A stretch of DNA of 64,000 nt from a virus. The notes below the pieces were generated by a model. That model ran no database searches and was not told the DNA's origin. It saw only the letters and a list, made by a program, of their open reading frames with translations. Numbering within the stretch: position 1 is the first letter of the stretch; each line of letters starts with the position of its first letter. The translations under genes were made by a program, and so were the position numbers. The stretch lies in IMG/VR virus record IMGVR_UViG_3300032163_000002, positions 32,001 through 96,000 of that record, one strand, 5' to 3'. This document shows positions 40,909-52,140 of this stretch, piece after piece.

Positions 40909-42045
40909 TCAAACTCTCCCGTTACGCATAACCGTTTCCAGAAATTCCCGCCCCACTTCAAGGAGATTTTCTTCTGTAACTCCACTCGGTAATCCCTTAC
41001 TGTCTTTCATGTATCCAATGTATTTCCGCAAAACCTCATTCACACCTTCAACACCAGTAAAAGAAATTCGAGTAAGTTGGGCTCCAGAAGAAGCCGCAAG
41101 CCGAAGAGAAATCGTATCAGGAACCTGCCGCGCAAGTATATCAAACATTGTAGGTTCACCTTTCCATTCAACACGATAATATGTCCCGAGAATCGCCGTG
41201 TCTTCCTCCAACATAGTTAATTGCACGACATTATCCACCTGTTGAACAACAAAACGCGGAGAATATTTATCTTCAATATGTTCGAAAGTTTCCGTATCTT
41301 CGTGATAAACAAGCCAACCGGGCGTGTAAGTTCGCTCACCAAAATTATGCTGAACCAGCCCTCCAACATAAATTACAGGAGCAGGAGCAACAAGAGCTTG
41401 GTGCTCGTGGTAATGCCCGGTAACAACTGCTATCGCCTCTTTTGGCACGTCCGTCTCCGGGTTCAATCCCTCACGCATGATGAATTCGTGTGGTCCCGTC
41501 TTAGCTCCAGAAAAAGACTGATGCGCAATGATGATCGGGGGGCGCTCAAATGACTGCGTAGCCACGGCCTGCATGAGGCGCTGAGCTTCCTTCATCCATT
41601 GCTCTCGTGAAGCCGTGTAAGGAATGACACAGTAAGGCGTCTGAATACCCCCCAACCGGGTCACAGCAGGCTCGTTGAAGACGACAGCGCTCCCCATCGC
41701 ATAGAGTGCGTGCAGCCCGTCATAAGACTGCCTTCCCTGTCGGTCTACGACATCATGATTCCCGGCCATGACATATATCTTCACCCCGGCTTCCTGTGCC
41801 ATTCTGAATGCTTTCGAAACAGCATTGAAGACCGCTACGTTGATTATTCCACGTCGATGAAATACATCTCCGGGAATGAAAATAACCGGAATACCATGAG
41901 CTTGTGCATAAGCCACTGCCCGCAAAAACGCTTCTAAAATTCGCACCATACGGGAATTACATCCCGGATAATTAGGGGAAGCATCCGGAGTAGAAAATTC
42001 CGAGTGATTATCGAAATGTGTGTCCGACAGAAAGAGCACGTCCAT
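40909..42045 (-). CDS. Mre11/SbcD (gp47-like) metallophosphoesterase nuclease
   Basis: SDTH, PGDVFH, GNHD, AHQ, GHYH motifs. Confidence 0.95.
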   Translation of the reverse strand: MDVLFLSDTHFDNHSEFSTPDASPNYPGCNSRMVRILEAFLRAVAYAQAHGIPVIFIPGDVFHRRGIINVAVFNAVSKAFRMAQEAGVKIYVMAGNHDVVDRQGRQSYDGLHALYAMGSAVVFNEPAVTRLGGIQTPYCVIPYTASREQWMKEAQRLMQAVATQSFERPPIIIAHQSFSGAKTGPHEFIMREGLNPETDVPKEAIAVVTGHYHEHQALVAPAPVIYVGGLVQHNFGERTYTPGWLVYHEDTETFEHIEDKYSPRFVVQQVDNVVQLTMLEEDTAILGTYYRVEWKGEPTMFDILARQVPDTISLRLAASSGAQLTRISFTGVEGVNEVLRKYIGYMKDSKGLPSGVTEENLLEVGREFLETVMRNGRV

Positions 42046-42169
42046 TATTTTTATGCCTCACCCATTCACTTATAGAACATCACCGGATCATTGTCCGCCA
42101 GAAACGCCGAATAATCGAAAGGTATTTGCAAAACCTCTTTCACCGATATATCTGGACCTTCAAATTGCA

Positions 42170-44605
42170 TCAGTGTATCCCGGAACAACCAAACATACTT
42201 CGGAAGCAAAATAGCTCCTGATGCAAATTCAATTCCTTTTTGAAGTGGTCTCCATAACCCAAGATCACGACGGGTCGGATCAACGTCATTCGGCTTAGCT
42301 TCACTAAGCCCCCAATGTTTTGTAACGGGGATCGCTGATGTCCCATAAATATGACGTGGGGCAGCATCCGGGACATCTACCCAACCATAGGTGCGCTTCT
42401 ATTTCCAAATTAACCACAAAAGTCCCCTCGCCATAGAGGCATTCAACGACCTTCGATAAACCTTATCAATTCTTTCACACAGGGGGCACTTAACCCAATC
42501 TCCTTTAATTATTTCATTGATGAAATGCTCCCTAGCGGCGTCAAGGCTTAATGGCATTCGCGTTAAACCCTCTTCAGTTCACGAAAGACAGAAATCACGC
42601 TTGAAGTCTTCGTTTGAAACAACCACGTAATTCAAAGGACGAACTTCTACAATCCAATCTCCGGGAAATGCGAGTGCCCCATATATGCAACCGATATGTG
42701 ATACCAGCAGCCCTTTATTACGCCCCCAGCCAAAAAATTGAGTACCATTAAATCCAGAGTGACTCGCCCAATCCTGCACCTTAGAAACATTTTCTCTCGT
42801 TAGTTGAATAGCCCTTACATATTGTATGTAGGAGGTGTCCACGTTAATTTCCCCCTAATACTTGTTGCTGCTTTTCTTTCTCTCCGGGTTCCACCAGCCA
42901 GATCCGCAACCCCTCGCGCCCTGAATTCCAGAACCCGCCCGGTTTTTTACAGCAAGGGCACATAGAAGAACCGGTGCCATTCTGTGTTACGTTATTTTGA
43001 TAGGTGCAATGATAACAGTAGAAAATCTGATCTCCCACATTCGCCTGCGATAGATCAGGCCAGTGAAAAAGTGGAACTTTCAGCTTTTCCCACATGCTCC
43101 AGCTTCCTACCTCTTATATGCATTCCAAGAAATCATGACAGAAATCGTCATTACTAATGACCACATAATCTAAAGGCCGAATTTCAACAATCCAGTTCGA
43201 CGGAAGCGCCCAAGAATACTTCACACACCGAACACTGTTTACTTCCATGCCTATGAACCTAACACCGTTTATTTCCATACCCTTTGTGCTCCACCCGTAA
43301 AAGACAACACCATTAAACCCCGAGTGAGAAGCCCAATCCACCACTTCCTGTGCGTTATCCCATAGCACTTTAATAGCGCGCACTTTATAAAGATATAACA
43401 TCAGGCACTTTCCACAGGAAGAACTTTTTTCGCAAAATGAGTCATGATTCGTCCGCATTGATCTACGCTGTAAATCGGAATCCACATAGCAAATAAATAG
43501 CAAGAAGGGGCAACTAGCGCAAGATCCTTTTCAATCTCTCGAACCAAACATTTCGTATATCGTTTTGAAAAATCCTCTCCGCCAAATCGCTCACGTATTT
43601 TTTTAGGGCGAGACATGATAACGATGCCTTCAAGCTCTGGCATCGGACCCCCCGCAGCGTACAACTTCAACCTGTCAGAATCTCTCAACGGAAAATTCGA
43701 GAATACCTCACGCACGAAATCGTCTAGAGTATTCGGAGTAATGACCCCTACAAATGGCAACTTGTAGTTACCTCTATTTATTCCCTCGCGGGAGTCAGAG
43801 CTACCACTTGACTCTAGACAAGTCTTAATTTGCTTCCGTTGATTTTCTACAAGAAGATCCACGTCAAACATGATAAGCCTTCCCCAAAGTAAAAGTCACA
43901 AATTCAGGGGTAGAAACAAAGGAAGAAAAAAAAGCAACAGGCTCAGGTTCACGTCTTGTTCCACAATATTCACATGGCTTACTGATCAGCCAGCAATACA
44001 ACGAAACGTTATAAGGAGAAGCCCCCTTCGGCATTCTGAAAGGGGCTCCGCAGTTCTTGCAGTTCTTAAACAAGATACGATCCTGTATGTACAACCCCGT
44101 TTTTTTCCTGCCCCCACTCAAGCTCCTCATCCACTTCGGCGCCACAATCCTTCCTAAATTTCCAACCAACATTCGAAGGGCCACAATAAATGAATTTCTC
44201 GTCAACTTCGGTGACACGAAGCTTCATTGGTTTCATTGCCGCCCGCCCCAATTTAGCAGAAGCAAACATGCGGTGAATGATATCACCAACTTTAACGTAT
44301 TCGAACTTCAATTCCATGAATTACTTCCCGGTCGTTGCTCCACTATCATCAGATTCCGGAACTTCACCCCCCTCTTCCGGCTCACCTGTCATTTCATCAA
44401 ACGCATCCATGAAAGTCACGCTCGGGTCCGGATATTGTGCCGGGTCTGGACGTGCTCCCATTGCCGTGATGAGGGCGCAAAATCCAGCTTGCAGAGTTTT
44501 TGAAATGGAAACGGCTTGCGCATGATGCATCGCTAACAGCACAATCAAATCGTCCGGCGTCAAGCTATTGATCTGTGCTTCTGGCTCTTTCTTCCTACGC
44601 CCCAT
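42170..44605 (-). other. Small hypothetical genes, including the paralog pair 42579..42842 and 43114..~43401
   Basis: Both paralogs share VRAI...DWASHSGFNG..F.GW...WIVE.RPL.YVV.SN.DF..DF. Confidence 0.7.
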
Positions 44606-45698
44606 CGACTTCCTCCTCTTCTATCGCTGCGACGAAAGCAGGGGGTTCCATAGCCAACTTCCGAAGCTCTGTGTGAATTTTTTGAATATCAGGTGTAACA
44701 AATCCTGCTACAAAATCTGCCCTACGAAACTTTCCACCGTAAACTTTATGTGAAAAGAATCCCGGTGATTCCTTGATGAAAACCCCACGGGATACACCAA
44801 AATCAAAAACACTAGCTGGATAATTGATGCCCTTGTTGAAGTAAAACTCAAACATAGCCTTCCCGAACGGAGCAGCAACTTTATTTTTCTTGATTGTAGC
44901 TTCAATTTCGATGCCAATGATCGGCGCCGTCTTATCATCATCCGTCCCGCTAACCTTAATTGCCTTGGCCTTCCGCAGAATAATCCGCTGCGAAGCATAA
45001 AATTTCATCGCTCGCCCGCCGGGAGTATCATCCGGATCACCAAACATCACTCCAATTTTAGTCCGAGATTGATTCAGCAAAAGCAGCGTCGTTTGTGTCT
45101 TCGTGATGGTGGGATTCAATTTTCTGAGTCCCGATGAAACCGCCCGTGCCTGTTCCGCCATTTGTTTATCTTCATATTCAGCGTCAAGCTGAGACTTCGT
45201 CTGCGAAGCCGCAACAGAATCTACGACAAACAAAAACGGACATGTTTCGTTCTGCTCACGCACGCCTTCGGCAAATGCTTCGATGATTCCGAAAAGATGC
45301 TCCAAAGTATCAGGCCGAGACAAGTAGAAATTATTTTCCACATCCACGCCTAACGTTTTGAAATAACTCTCGTGCGCTGTCTGCTCCATGTCACCATAAA
45401 CCACGCACCCACCCATTTTCTGACATTCACGAGCTATGTGCGCAGCAATCGACGTTTTTCCTTCAGATTCATTTCGACTGAAAAGTTCGATGATACGCCC
45501 ACCAGCTATTCCACCACCAAGCACCGCATCAAAATTTAAGGCTCCTGTAGAAATCCAATAAGGTATATTCGTCACTCCACCGACTGCCCCTGAAAGACGA
45601 ATCGCCGCCTCCGGCCCGTATCTTTTCTGAATGCCTTTCACTACCCCCTTGAAAAGATCAAGAGGCGCTTTTACGCCCCCCTCATCTCTTTCTGCCAT
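44595..45698 (-). CDS. recA: RecA/UvsX recombinase
   Basis: STG...D..LGGG...GRIIE, P-loop ESEGKT, VVDSVAA, QAR..S..LRKL, NQ.R.KIGVMFG.P..TPGG.A.KFYAS.R, KNKVA.PF. Confidence 0.96.
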   Translation of the reverse strand: MAERDEGGVKAPLDLFKGVVKGIQKRYGPEAAIRLSGAVGGVTNIPYWISTGALNFDAVLGGGIAGGRIIELFSRNESEGKTSIAAHIARECQKMGGCVVYGDMEQTAHESYFKTLGVDVENNFYLSRPDTLEHLFGIIEAFAEGVREQNETCPFLFVVDSVAASQTKSQLDAEYEDKQMAEQARAVSSGLRKLNPTITKTQTTLLLLNQSRTKIGVMFGDPDDTPGGRAMKFYASQRIILRKAKAIKVSGTDDDKTAPIIGIEIEATIKKNKVAAPFGKAMFEFYFNKGINYPASVFDFGVSRGVFIKESPGFFSHKVYGGKFRRADFVAGFVTPDIQKIHTELRKLAMEPPAFVAAIEEEEVDGA

Positions 45699-45699
45699 T

Positions 45700-46758
45700 T
45701 TAACTAACCGCCTTCCCCATCCGCGCAGTAACCCGAGCCCTAAGCGCCTTCAGATCCATGCCTGTGAGAACAGAAGGAGCGGTAGGAGCGGTAGGAGCGG
45801 TAGGAGCGGTAGGAGCGGTAGGAGCGGTAGGAGCGGTAGGAGCGGTAGGAACGACGGGGGACACTGGAATGACCGGCACCGGGGCACCAAAGGCCGCAGA
45901 ACCCCCTGAAACCACCGGAGGAACAACAAGAACAGGCGAGATAACCGGAATTGTAGAAGCCTCCACAGGAACAGCCGCAGAAAACATTCCAAAAGCACCG
46001 GGAACAGTTTCAGGAATACCCACCTCAACAGGTATATCTACTCCACCAGTGACAGGCAGAACGCCAGCCGAAGTCATAGGCAAAACTTTCTGACTTCCAA
46101 AGTAAGCCTCATCAACTCCAAGAAAACGCGCGATGACTTTTTGAAGCTTCTCCTTTGATTCAACCTTGATCTCTTCCGTAAGATCCTTGGCGGTACTGAA
46201 AAGCGCAAGAGTCTCAGCATCCGTCCGAAAAACCGGGCAGCGATTTTGAAGTAGCTGCACCGTGTATGTGACAAGTTTTCCAACACCCTGCCTTTTCAAG
46301 AGCATGTCGATTCCAGTCTTCAAATTGAGTACGTCTGGAAAATGCTCCATGTCCATGATGTAGGCAAGAAATTGCTCTTGCACTTTCCTCCCGCATTTGT
46401 AAACCTTGACTCCTTCTTTCTCTTTATTCCGCACGATGAGATTCCAGAGAAAGACTTTCTTTGGTTGAATAGAAGCGCCGACTTCCTGCTCGACCGGATC
46501 AGGGCTTTTCTTCAACCTGCGCGACTCGTGACAAATCGGACATGCTTCTTCGAGACCGGGCATGCCGAGACAATAAAAGCTTTGATTCACATCGCCCCCG
46601 ACAAAATGATCCACAGCCTCTACCCAAGGAACCTGTGCGTCCGGCCAACCGGGAAGCAGCCGAATATGATTTTGTCCGGACTCGGGACGGAAAAAGCCAC
46701 CAGCAGATTTTGTGAAATGTTCGTACAACGCGCGCATTTTAGCAATGTCGAGTGTCAT
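45700..46758 (-). CDS. gp32-like single-stranded DNA-binding protein with Pro/Thr/Ala tail
   Basis: FF.P..G.N.IRLLP, C...CP.C Zn site, G.D..L.R.G....Y.V; located between the uvsY-like gene and recA. Confidence 0.8.
   Translation of the reverse strand: MTLDIAKMRALYEHFTKSAGGFFRPESGQNHIRLLPGWPDAQVPWVEAVDHFVGGDVNQSFYCLGMPGLEEACPICHESRRLKKSPDPVEQEVGASIQPKKVFLWNLIVRNKEKEGVKVYKCGRKVQEQFLAYIMDMEHFPDVLNLKTGIDMLLKRQGVGKLVTYTVQLLQNRCPVFRTDAETLALFSTAKDLTEEIKVESKEKLQKVIARFLGVDEAYFGSQKVLPMTSAGVLPVTGGVDIPVEVGIPETVPGAFGMFSAAVPVEASTIPVISPVLVVPPVVSGGSAAFGAPVPVIPVSPVVPTAPTAPTAPTAPTAPTAPTAPTAPSVLTGMDLKALRARVTARMGKAVS
45775..45850. repeat. 9-bp coding tandem repeat (aggagcggt), about 8 copies, encoding PTA
   Basis: Read directly from the sequence. 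Confidence 0.95.
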
Positions 46759-46825
46759 GAAAATTTATCCTTTCAGATTGTGGTTAGTTTTCTTTTTTAA
46801 TTCGCGCGTAATACAAATCCATATT

Positions 46826-47326
46826 TCAGACACCTCCTCTGTGCCTGATGTACTCTCTACCCATTTGTTCGATCTCAGAACGGATATGCGCACCAAGAGA
46901 AATTAAAACGGAGCCTTTTTCACGAATCGCCTCAAAAGCACGGCGGGTCAATTCAGCCTGTGCTTTAAGTGCGTCTACTCGTTGCCGCCGAGAAATGTAT
47001 TCCTCATCAGCCATTACGAGTTGCTTGATGAAAGTTTCAGTCACTTTAACTTTTTCTTCCACACATTGTCGAGCTTCGTTACAAGCTTTTGCTTCAAAAA
47101 TTTCGAGTTCTGTTTTCGCGGTCTCGTAACTATTATTTGCTTGCTGGTATATTACACCAAACCACGCGAGAAGTGCAGGTTGCTTTGAAAATTCAGCAGT
47201 GATATTTTCTGAGTCAATATAGCTGTCAGCAACTAAGTCGATGTGATAAGTTTTTCCTTGAACGATGACAGGAAAACGAAGAATTGATTGATCGTGTGAA
47301 AAAGGATGAGATGCCGGAAGCGACAT
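46826..47326 (-). CDS. UvsY-like recombination mediator
   Basis: ID..N...EF..QP, K.TE..I...V..D.EY, L.SLGA..R.E helical pattern; gene context. Confidence 0.7.
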   Translation of the reverse strand: MSLPASHPFSHDQSILRFPVIVQGKTYHIDLVADSYIDSENITAEFSKQPALLAWFGVIYQQANNSYETAKTELEIFEAKACNEARQCVEEKVKVTETFIKQLVMADEEYISRRQRVDALKAQAELTRRAFEAIREKGSVLISLGAHIRSEIEQMGREYIRHRGGV

Positions 47327-47329
47327 ATA

Positions 47330-49924
47330 TTACTCCCACTCGAATTCCCTTACCGCACCCCAATCAGGACCTTCCGAACCAGAGACTCTAAGAGGCACTC
47401 CGGGAGATTCAGGGCCGTCGATAAACGGGAGTCCGAGGTGTTCAAAAATTTCCTTGATCTTGTAGGCAACCTCAAGAAGCTCATCGTTAGGGACCGAAAG
47501 AACCACGGAGTCATGGACCGTGGCTAGAATATGCGCCCGACTCTTACCGTTGTCAAGCCATTCCATCAGCCGAATGAGGCTCCATAGGCAGATATCTGAG
47601 GCATCTGCTTGGATTGGCGAGTTCACTCCTCTACGAAGAGCCGCATTGATCCGACCTACATTGGCAGGCACATTCGGCAAAAGGGCATCAGAGAGTATCC
47701 GGCGCCTACCGAAACGGGATTCGGAGTAACCCATCTTCTTGACTTGACGCTGAACTTTCTCGATCCATTCGTTCAGGATAGGATAACGAGCCTTATAAGA
47801 CTGGATAAATAATTCTGCCTCCGTCTCTGTCACTCCAAGCTGTTCGGCAATTTTTCTAGCTCCCGCCCCGTACAGAATTGCGAAATTCAAAGTTTTTGCT
47901 TTCTGACGCAACGGCTTGTTAGCTTCAGTTTTCATCTCCTTCGGATCTTTCCCGAAAATTTCTGCACCAACTGCTGAGTGAATATCATAACCTGCTTTGA
48001 AGGCCGCAACCAGCTTGGGGTCTTCGCTATGGATAGCAGTTACAACATATTCCAGTGTCGTGAAGTCGATATCAAGAATGACAGAATTCTCATCATCTGG
48101 AACAAAGACGTGTCGTAAATCAGGATCTTTTGGGATCTGCTGACAATTTCCAGCAGGACCAGAACTCGACAGTCTTCCAGTTATTGCCCCCGAACTATCA
48201 TCTTCCGTTTCATTGAAAAAAGAAACGAGATTATACCGAAAATGAAGGCGTCCATCCTGTGCCATGCCCCGCTTCCAACGATCATAAAAGGTCGTGTAAA
48301 GCTTTTCGACCTTACGATGCTCCAACATGAGTGGAATGGACGGGTGTTGATCTTTCAATTTCGTAAGCGCGGCTTTTGCCGTTGAAGGCATACCCTTCGG
48401 AGTCACAAAAGTTTGTGGGAGATGAAGCACCTGATAAAGCAACGTACGCAGATGCGGGTTGCTCGTCATAATAAATTCTTGTTCCGTAATTTCCTTGAAA
48501 GTATCAAGTGCCGATCCAAGCGTTTTCACAATCTCCGTTTCAATACGAGCCTGTTCTTTCAAAAGACTTTGCCCATATTCTTCTAATCGTTTAGAATCCA
48601 GCTTCCAACCATATGTCTCAATACGAGATAACGCATTCGATGCCTTTGCAAGAAACTCCGAAAGAAAACCCAACCGTGTTTGTTTCTTCGAAAAGAGTTC
48701 AGGAAGAAAATGCTCTGCCAACCGATAGGTCACATCCGCATCAAGACAACCGTACCAGAACAGTATTTCAAGCGGATAATGGTAAGAATCATTTTCCTGA
48801 TCCACATTTTCATTACCTATCGCCACATCCACAAGGCGTTTCTCCTGCTCATATCCTCCGTAAGGTGTAACCTCCCACGCAATTTTCTTCAACGACCGAG
48901 CGGGTAAACCACGACGCAGATGATCATAAATCATGCCATCAAAGAAAATTTGAGGAGCAACTCCAAGAGCGGCCAAGACAGCAACCTGATCGAATTTCGC
49001 ATTAAACGCAACCAGCTTTCCTTTATAGTTTGAAAAAAATCGGTGCATCTGCTCGCAAACGACTTCATACCATTGCGCTTGATCCCCAACCAATGTAGGC
49101 ACCTCTTTATGCACGACAGGAAGAAAAAAAGCTTCACCTACCTTGTCACTAAATTGAATCGAAGAAATAAAGCACTCTGGTGATGAACCATCAATAATAT
49201 GCCAAGGGTCCAAGCCCCGCGTCTCCGTATCGAATGCAACAAGCGGAGCCCTCAAAAGACGTGTCACCATTGCCTTGAGAGCAACAAGCTTCGTTACCAG
49301 TCTGTAAGTCTTCGCATGTGTGCGCTTATGTTCGTCCAGAGAAAATGGCTTCCAACCGGGCGTCGCAAAATTCTTGGCAAGGACAAGATCGAAAGCAAGG
49401 GCTTCACAGTCCGAAGCCGAGATGAGCGCTTGATAAGAATGTACGGTCGGGATTACTTTAACAATACGCTTATCAAAAAAAATATCGTGAATCTGTCCAC
49501 GTAACATACCAGATTTTGTTAACGGAATTACCAGAGTAGCCGCCGTCGCCAATTTCCCAAGAGAGACAATGACCTGCACCTCCGGATGTTTATCAATCTC
49601 TTCTCGCAACCACGGACGACACGCATTCAATTCCGTTTTTCCAAGCTTATACCCGTTAAATGGAATCGAACATCGAGTCGCATAGGTAAATGCTATTGAA
49701 GCTGCGTCTATTCCAACATTCTGAAGGATAGAACGAAGAAGTACATGCTTATCTTCGCCCGTGAAGAGCTTTCCAGAATCGGTTTCAATGACTCCCGGAT
49801 TATCCCCAGCAATTAAAAGACGAGCATTCGCGGGGCCATCCCAACGCACGGGTATTAAATTGCGATTAACTCGCCCCTCAAAAAGAGGGCACTTTTCACA
49901 AACATCCAGAGGATTTATAGACAT
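47330..49924 (-). CDS. polA: Family A DNA polymerase with N-terminal uracil-DNA-glycosylase-like domain and 3'-5' exonuclease (SPO1-type architecture)
   Basis: UDG family-4 Cys pattern; ExoI DTET, ExoII FNAKFD, ExoIII YGCLDAD; TGRLSS, motif B RQKAKTLNFAILYG, motif C TVHDS. Confidence 0.96.
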   Translation of the reverse strand: MSINPLDVCEKCPLFEGRVNRNLIPVRWDGPANARLLIAGDNPGVIETDSGKLFTGEDKHVLLRSILQNVGIDAASIAFTYATRCSIPFNGYKLGKTELNACRPWLREEIDKHPEVQVIVSLGKLATAATLVIPLTKSGMLRGQIHDIFFDKRIVKVIPTVHSYQALISASDCEALAFDLVLAKNFATPGWKPFSLDEHKRTHAKTYRLVTKLVALKAMVTRLLRAPLVAFDTETRGLDPWHIIDGSSPECFISSIQFSDKVGEAFFLPVVHKEVPTLVGDQAQWYEVVCEQMHRFFSNYKGKLVAFNAKFDQVAVLAALGVAPQIFFDGMIYDHLRRGLPARSLKKIAWEVTPYGGYEQEKRLVDVAIGNENVDQENDSYHYPLEILFWYGCLDADVTYRLAEHFLPELFSKKQTRLGFLSEFLAKASNALSRIETYGWKLDSKRLEEYGQSLLKEQARIETEIVKTLGSALDTFKEITEQEFIMTSNPHLRTLLYQVLHLPQTFVTPKGMPSTAKAALTKLKDQHPSIPLMLEHRKVEKLYTTFYDRWKRGMAQDGRLHFRYNLVSFFNETEDDSSGAITGRLSSSGPAGNCQQIPKDPDLRHVFVPDDENSVILDIDFTTLEYVVTAIHSEDPKLVAAFKAGYDIHSAVGAEIFGKDPKEMKTEANKPLRQKAKTLNFAILYGAGARKIAEQLGVTETEAELFIQSYKARYPILNEWIEKVQRQVKKMGYSESRFGRRRILSDALLPNVPANVGRINAALRRGVNSPIQADASDICLWSLIRLMEWLDNGKSRAHILATVHDSVVLSVPNDELLEVAYKIKEIFEHLGLPFIDGPESPGVPLRVSGSEGPDWGAVREFEWE

Positions 49925-52140
49925 TAAGCCGCTAATTTCCTCTTCCCGTTTAGAAAAAGACGCATGAGCAACTCCGGAAGTTGAGTAAAATCTTTGAGAA
50001 CTACGTAATTCCTGTAAAAATCCTCCACCGCGCTGTCGTCTCCCTCCTTGGGTGAAGAAAGCCCCACAGCGTAGACCTCCAGCCCCGGTATTCTTTCAAG
50101 CTTTTTGACTACAGCCTTCAGATGATTCGAAAGCCCTTGTTGGTCAGTCGCACCAGCCGGATACCCGTCTGACAGCACAATGAGAATTTTCCGTTTTTCA
50201 GACCGGAGAAGCAAGTGCTGTGAAAGCGTAGCGATAGATTCTCCGTCAATGTTATTACACTTAGGAACAGCATCTCCATTAGCAAACGAAGGAAACGCCA
50301 ACTTGAAAGACATGCCAAACGGTTTGAAGATTGGAAGATTTAAGGCTTCAACACGAAAATACGGATCAGGCTTTTCTGTGTAATGACATGGTGTACCCGC
50401 TCTTAAATTTCCTCCCGTAGTAAACCCATATACCGAAAACGGAATGGTCAGCTTATCGAGAAGAAAACTGAGGGCACCCGCAGCCAACATGGCATTTTGA
50501 AATTTCATTCCTGACATTGAGCCGCTGCAATCGACAATCAATTCGACGGCAATATTTTTTCTCATCCGCTTTTCAGCTCGTGTCAAGAAAGCCACGTCAA
50601 GAGCCGGAAATGGAGTTGAAAACGTCGCAAGCTGGCGCTGATTCAACCGAGGACCTTCCGAAGCCGGAACATACCGCCGAGAAAACTCCCCGAGAAGATG
50701 TCTGCCAAGATGCCCTAACGAAATAGCTGTAGCGTTCTTGCGGAAGATTTCTGTTCCTGACGCAGATGCGGGGGGAACCTGCTCAGACCTGTCCTTTTCC
50801 GTAGTAAGTACATGCCAATTACGAAGAGGGTCTCCCTCAAGATTCGGAGGAACCCTTTTCATCTTCAGGGCTTCCACAATTTTTGCAAACTTCGATGACG
50901 TGGACAGCGCCTCTTCTACCAGATTCAGAAGCTCAATAAGCACCTTAGCATCGAGCTTCTGCTCTTCGCCAGAAATGGAGTCATCTCCAAGCTCCTCTTT
51001 CTCTTCGCTACTTTTTCCAGCATTTCCAGTAGCATCACCAAAGGAGGTTTTGATTTTTCCTGTGGCATTACTCTCTCCGTCACCTTCTTCATCACCCTCT
51101 TCGTCACCTTCTTCATCACCCTCTTCGTCACCCTCCTCGTCATCCTTTTCATCAGGAGAGATCCTCTTATCCGTCTTCTCTTTTTTCTCAACCTTTTCTT
51201 TTTTCTCTTTCTTGCTCTTGGATGAATCAGAACTAGAATTACCAGCGTTCTCGTCATGCGCTTCGTCAACCTCAACGTCATCACTAGCCTTCGACTCTGA
51301 CGCCCTCTCGCTCCCTTTCTTCGGCTCCTGCTTCTCACAAGGCTGCGAGGATTTCGATTTTTCCTTCTGCGTCTTGAAGGCATCCTTTAGGAATTCAATC
51401 GTCGGGGACACAGCATATGTAATAACTGCATTTGCCGAATCGAGAGCCACAAGAGCTTCATAATTAACGAGGTTGAGAATCTCCTCTTCACGCGAAGTTG
51501 CAGCAGACACGTTATCTTTCCGCTCTGCTATGGCTTCTGTCATCCACGGAGCGCCCCGCCTAGCAAAGATCAAAGACACTAATCTAAAAAATTTCTCTGC
51601 AAATGTCTTTTCACCAACCGCTTCTTTATTACGTGACAAAACGGGATGTGTAACCTCGTCAATATAAGTTGCGTAAAAAAACCCCCGGCTTCCCTTGAAC
51701 CGCTCCACCCAGCGGCTTTCGCAACGAATATCTTCAAAGACATTGAACAGGATGAAAAGAACTTTTTCAACAATCAAACGATGCTCCGGCTTGACACCAT
51801 AAGGTGCTAACGTAGACAAAATCGTAGAAGCTTCACGCTGCGTCACAAATTTTAAGGTCTCCGTCCCTGCTTTCTGATTAAAAGTAAAAACAGTATGCGC
51901 CGCCTCGTGGTCGAGCAATCCATTAACAATATCAAGGCCAGAAATTCCCTTTGCCGCATAAACCTTTGTTACTTCCTCAAGCTGAGCGTCACTCAACGCC
52001 GGAAGAACGATGCACTTACCGTCCGTCTTCGGAATAGCGTTCTCCCGAAGAATAACCTGAAGCCCACTTCGCGCCGCCAGAACACGCGCCAGCCTGCCCA
52101 AGTAGTTTTCAGTATTAACCGGTACGTTCACGCCATCCAC
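49924..52140 (-). CDS. CobT-like protein: N-terminal zincin (HExxH) domain, acidic linker, C-terminal vWA
   Basis: PKTDGK.I.LP, HEAAH, FNVFED.R.E; (GDEE)n; DCSGSM, N.DGE, LSDG.P. Confidence 0.9.
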   Translation of the reverse strand: MDGVNVPVNTENYLGRLARVLAARSGLQVILRENAIPKTDGKCIVLPALSDAQLEEVTKVYAAKGISGLDIVNGLLDHEAAHTVFTFNQKAGTETLKFVTQREASTILSTLAPYGVKPEHRLIVEKVLFILFNVFEDIRCESRWVERFKGSRGFFYATYIDEVTHPVLSRNKEAVGEKTFAEKFFRLVSLIFARRGAPWMTEAIAERKDNVSAATSREEEILNLVNYEALVALDSANAVITYAVSPTIEFLKDAFKTQKEKSKSSQPCEKQEPKKGSERASESKASDDVEVDEAHDENAGNSSSDSSKSKKEKKEKVEKKEKTDKRISPDEKDDEEGDEEGDEEGDEEGDEEGDGESNATGKIKTSFGDATGNAGKSSEEKEELGDDSISGEEQKLDAKVLIELLNLVEEALSTSSKFAKIVEALKMKRVPPNLEGDPLRNWHVLTTEKDRSEQVPPASASGTEIFRKNATAISLGHLGRHLLGEFSRRYVPASEGPRLNQRQLATFSTPFPALDVAFLTRAEKRMRKNIAVELIVDCSGSMSGMKFQNAMLAAGALSFLLDKLTIPFSVYGFTTGGNLRAGTPCHYTEKPDPYFRVEALNLPIFKPFGMSFKLAFPSFANGDAVPKCNNIDGESIATLSQHLLLRSEKRKILIVLSDGYPAGATDQQGLSNHLKAVVKKLERIPGLEVYAVGLSSPKEGDDSAVEDFYRNYVVLKDFTQLPELLMRLFLNGKRKLAA

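Noticed and set aside
51079-51140. 12-bp repeat as a regulatory element
   Set aside because: It is the in-frame (GDEE)n acidic linker of the vWA protein
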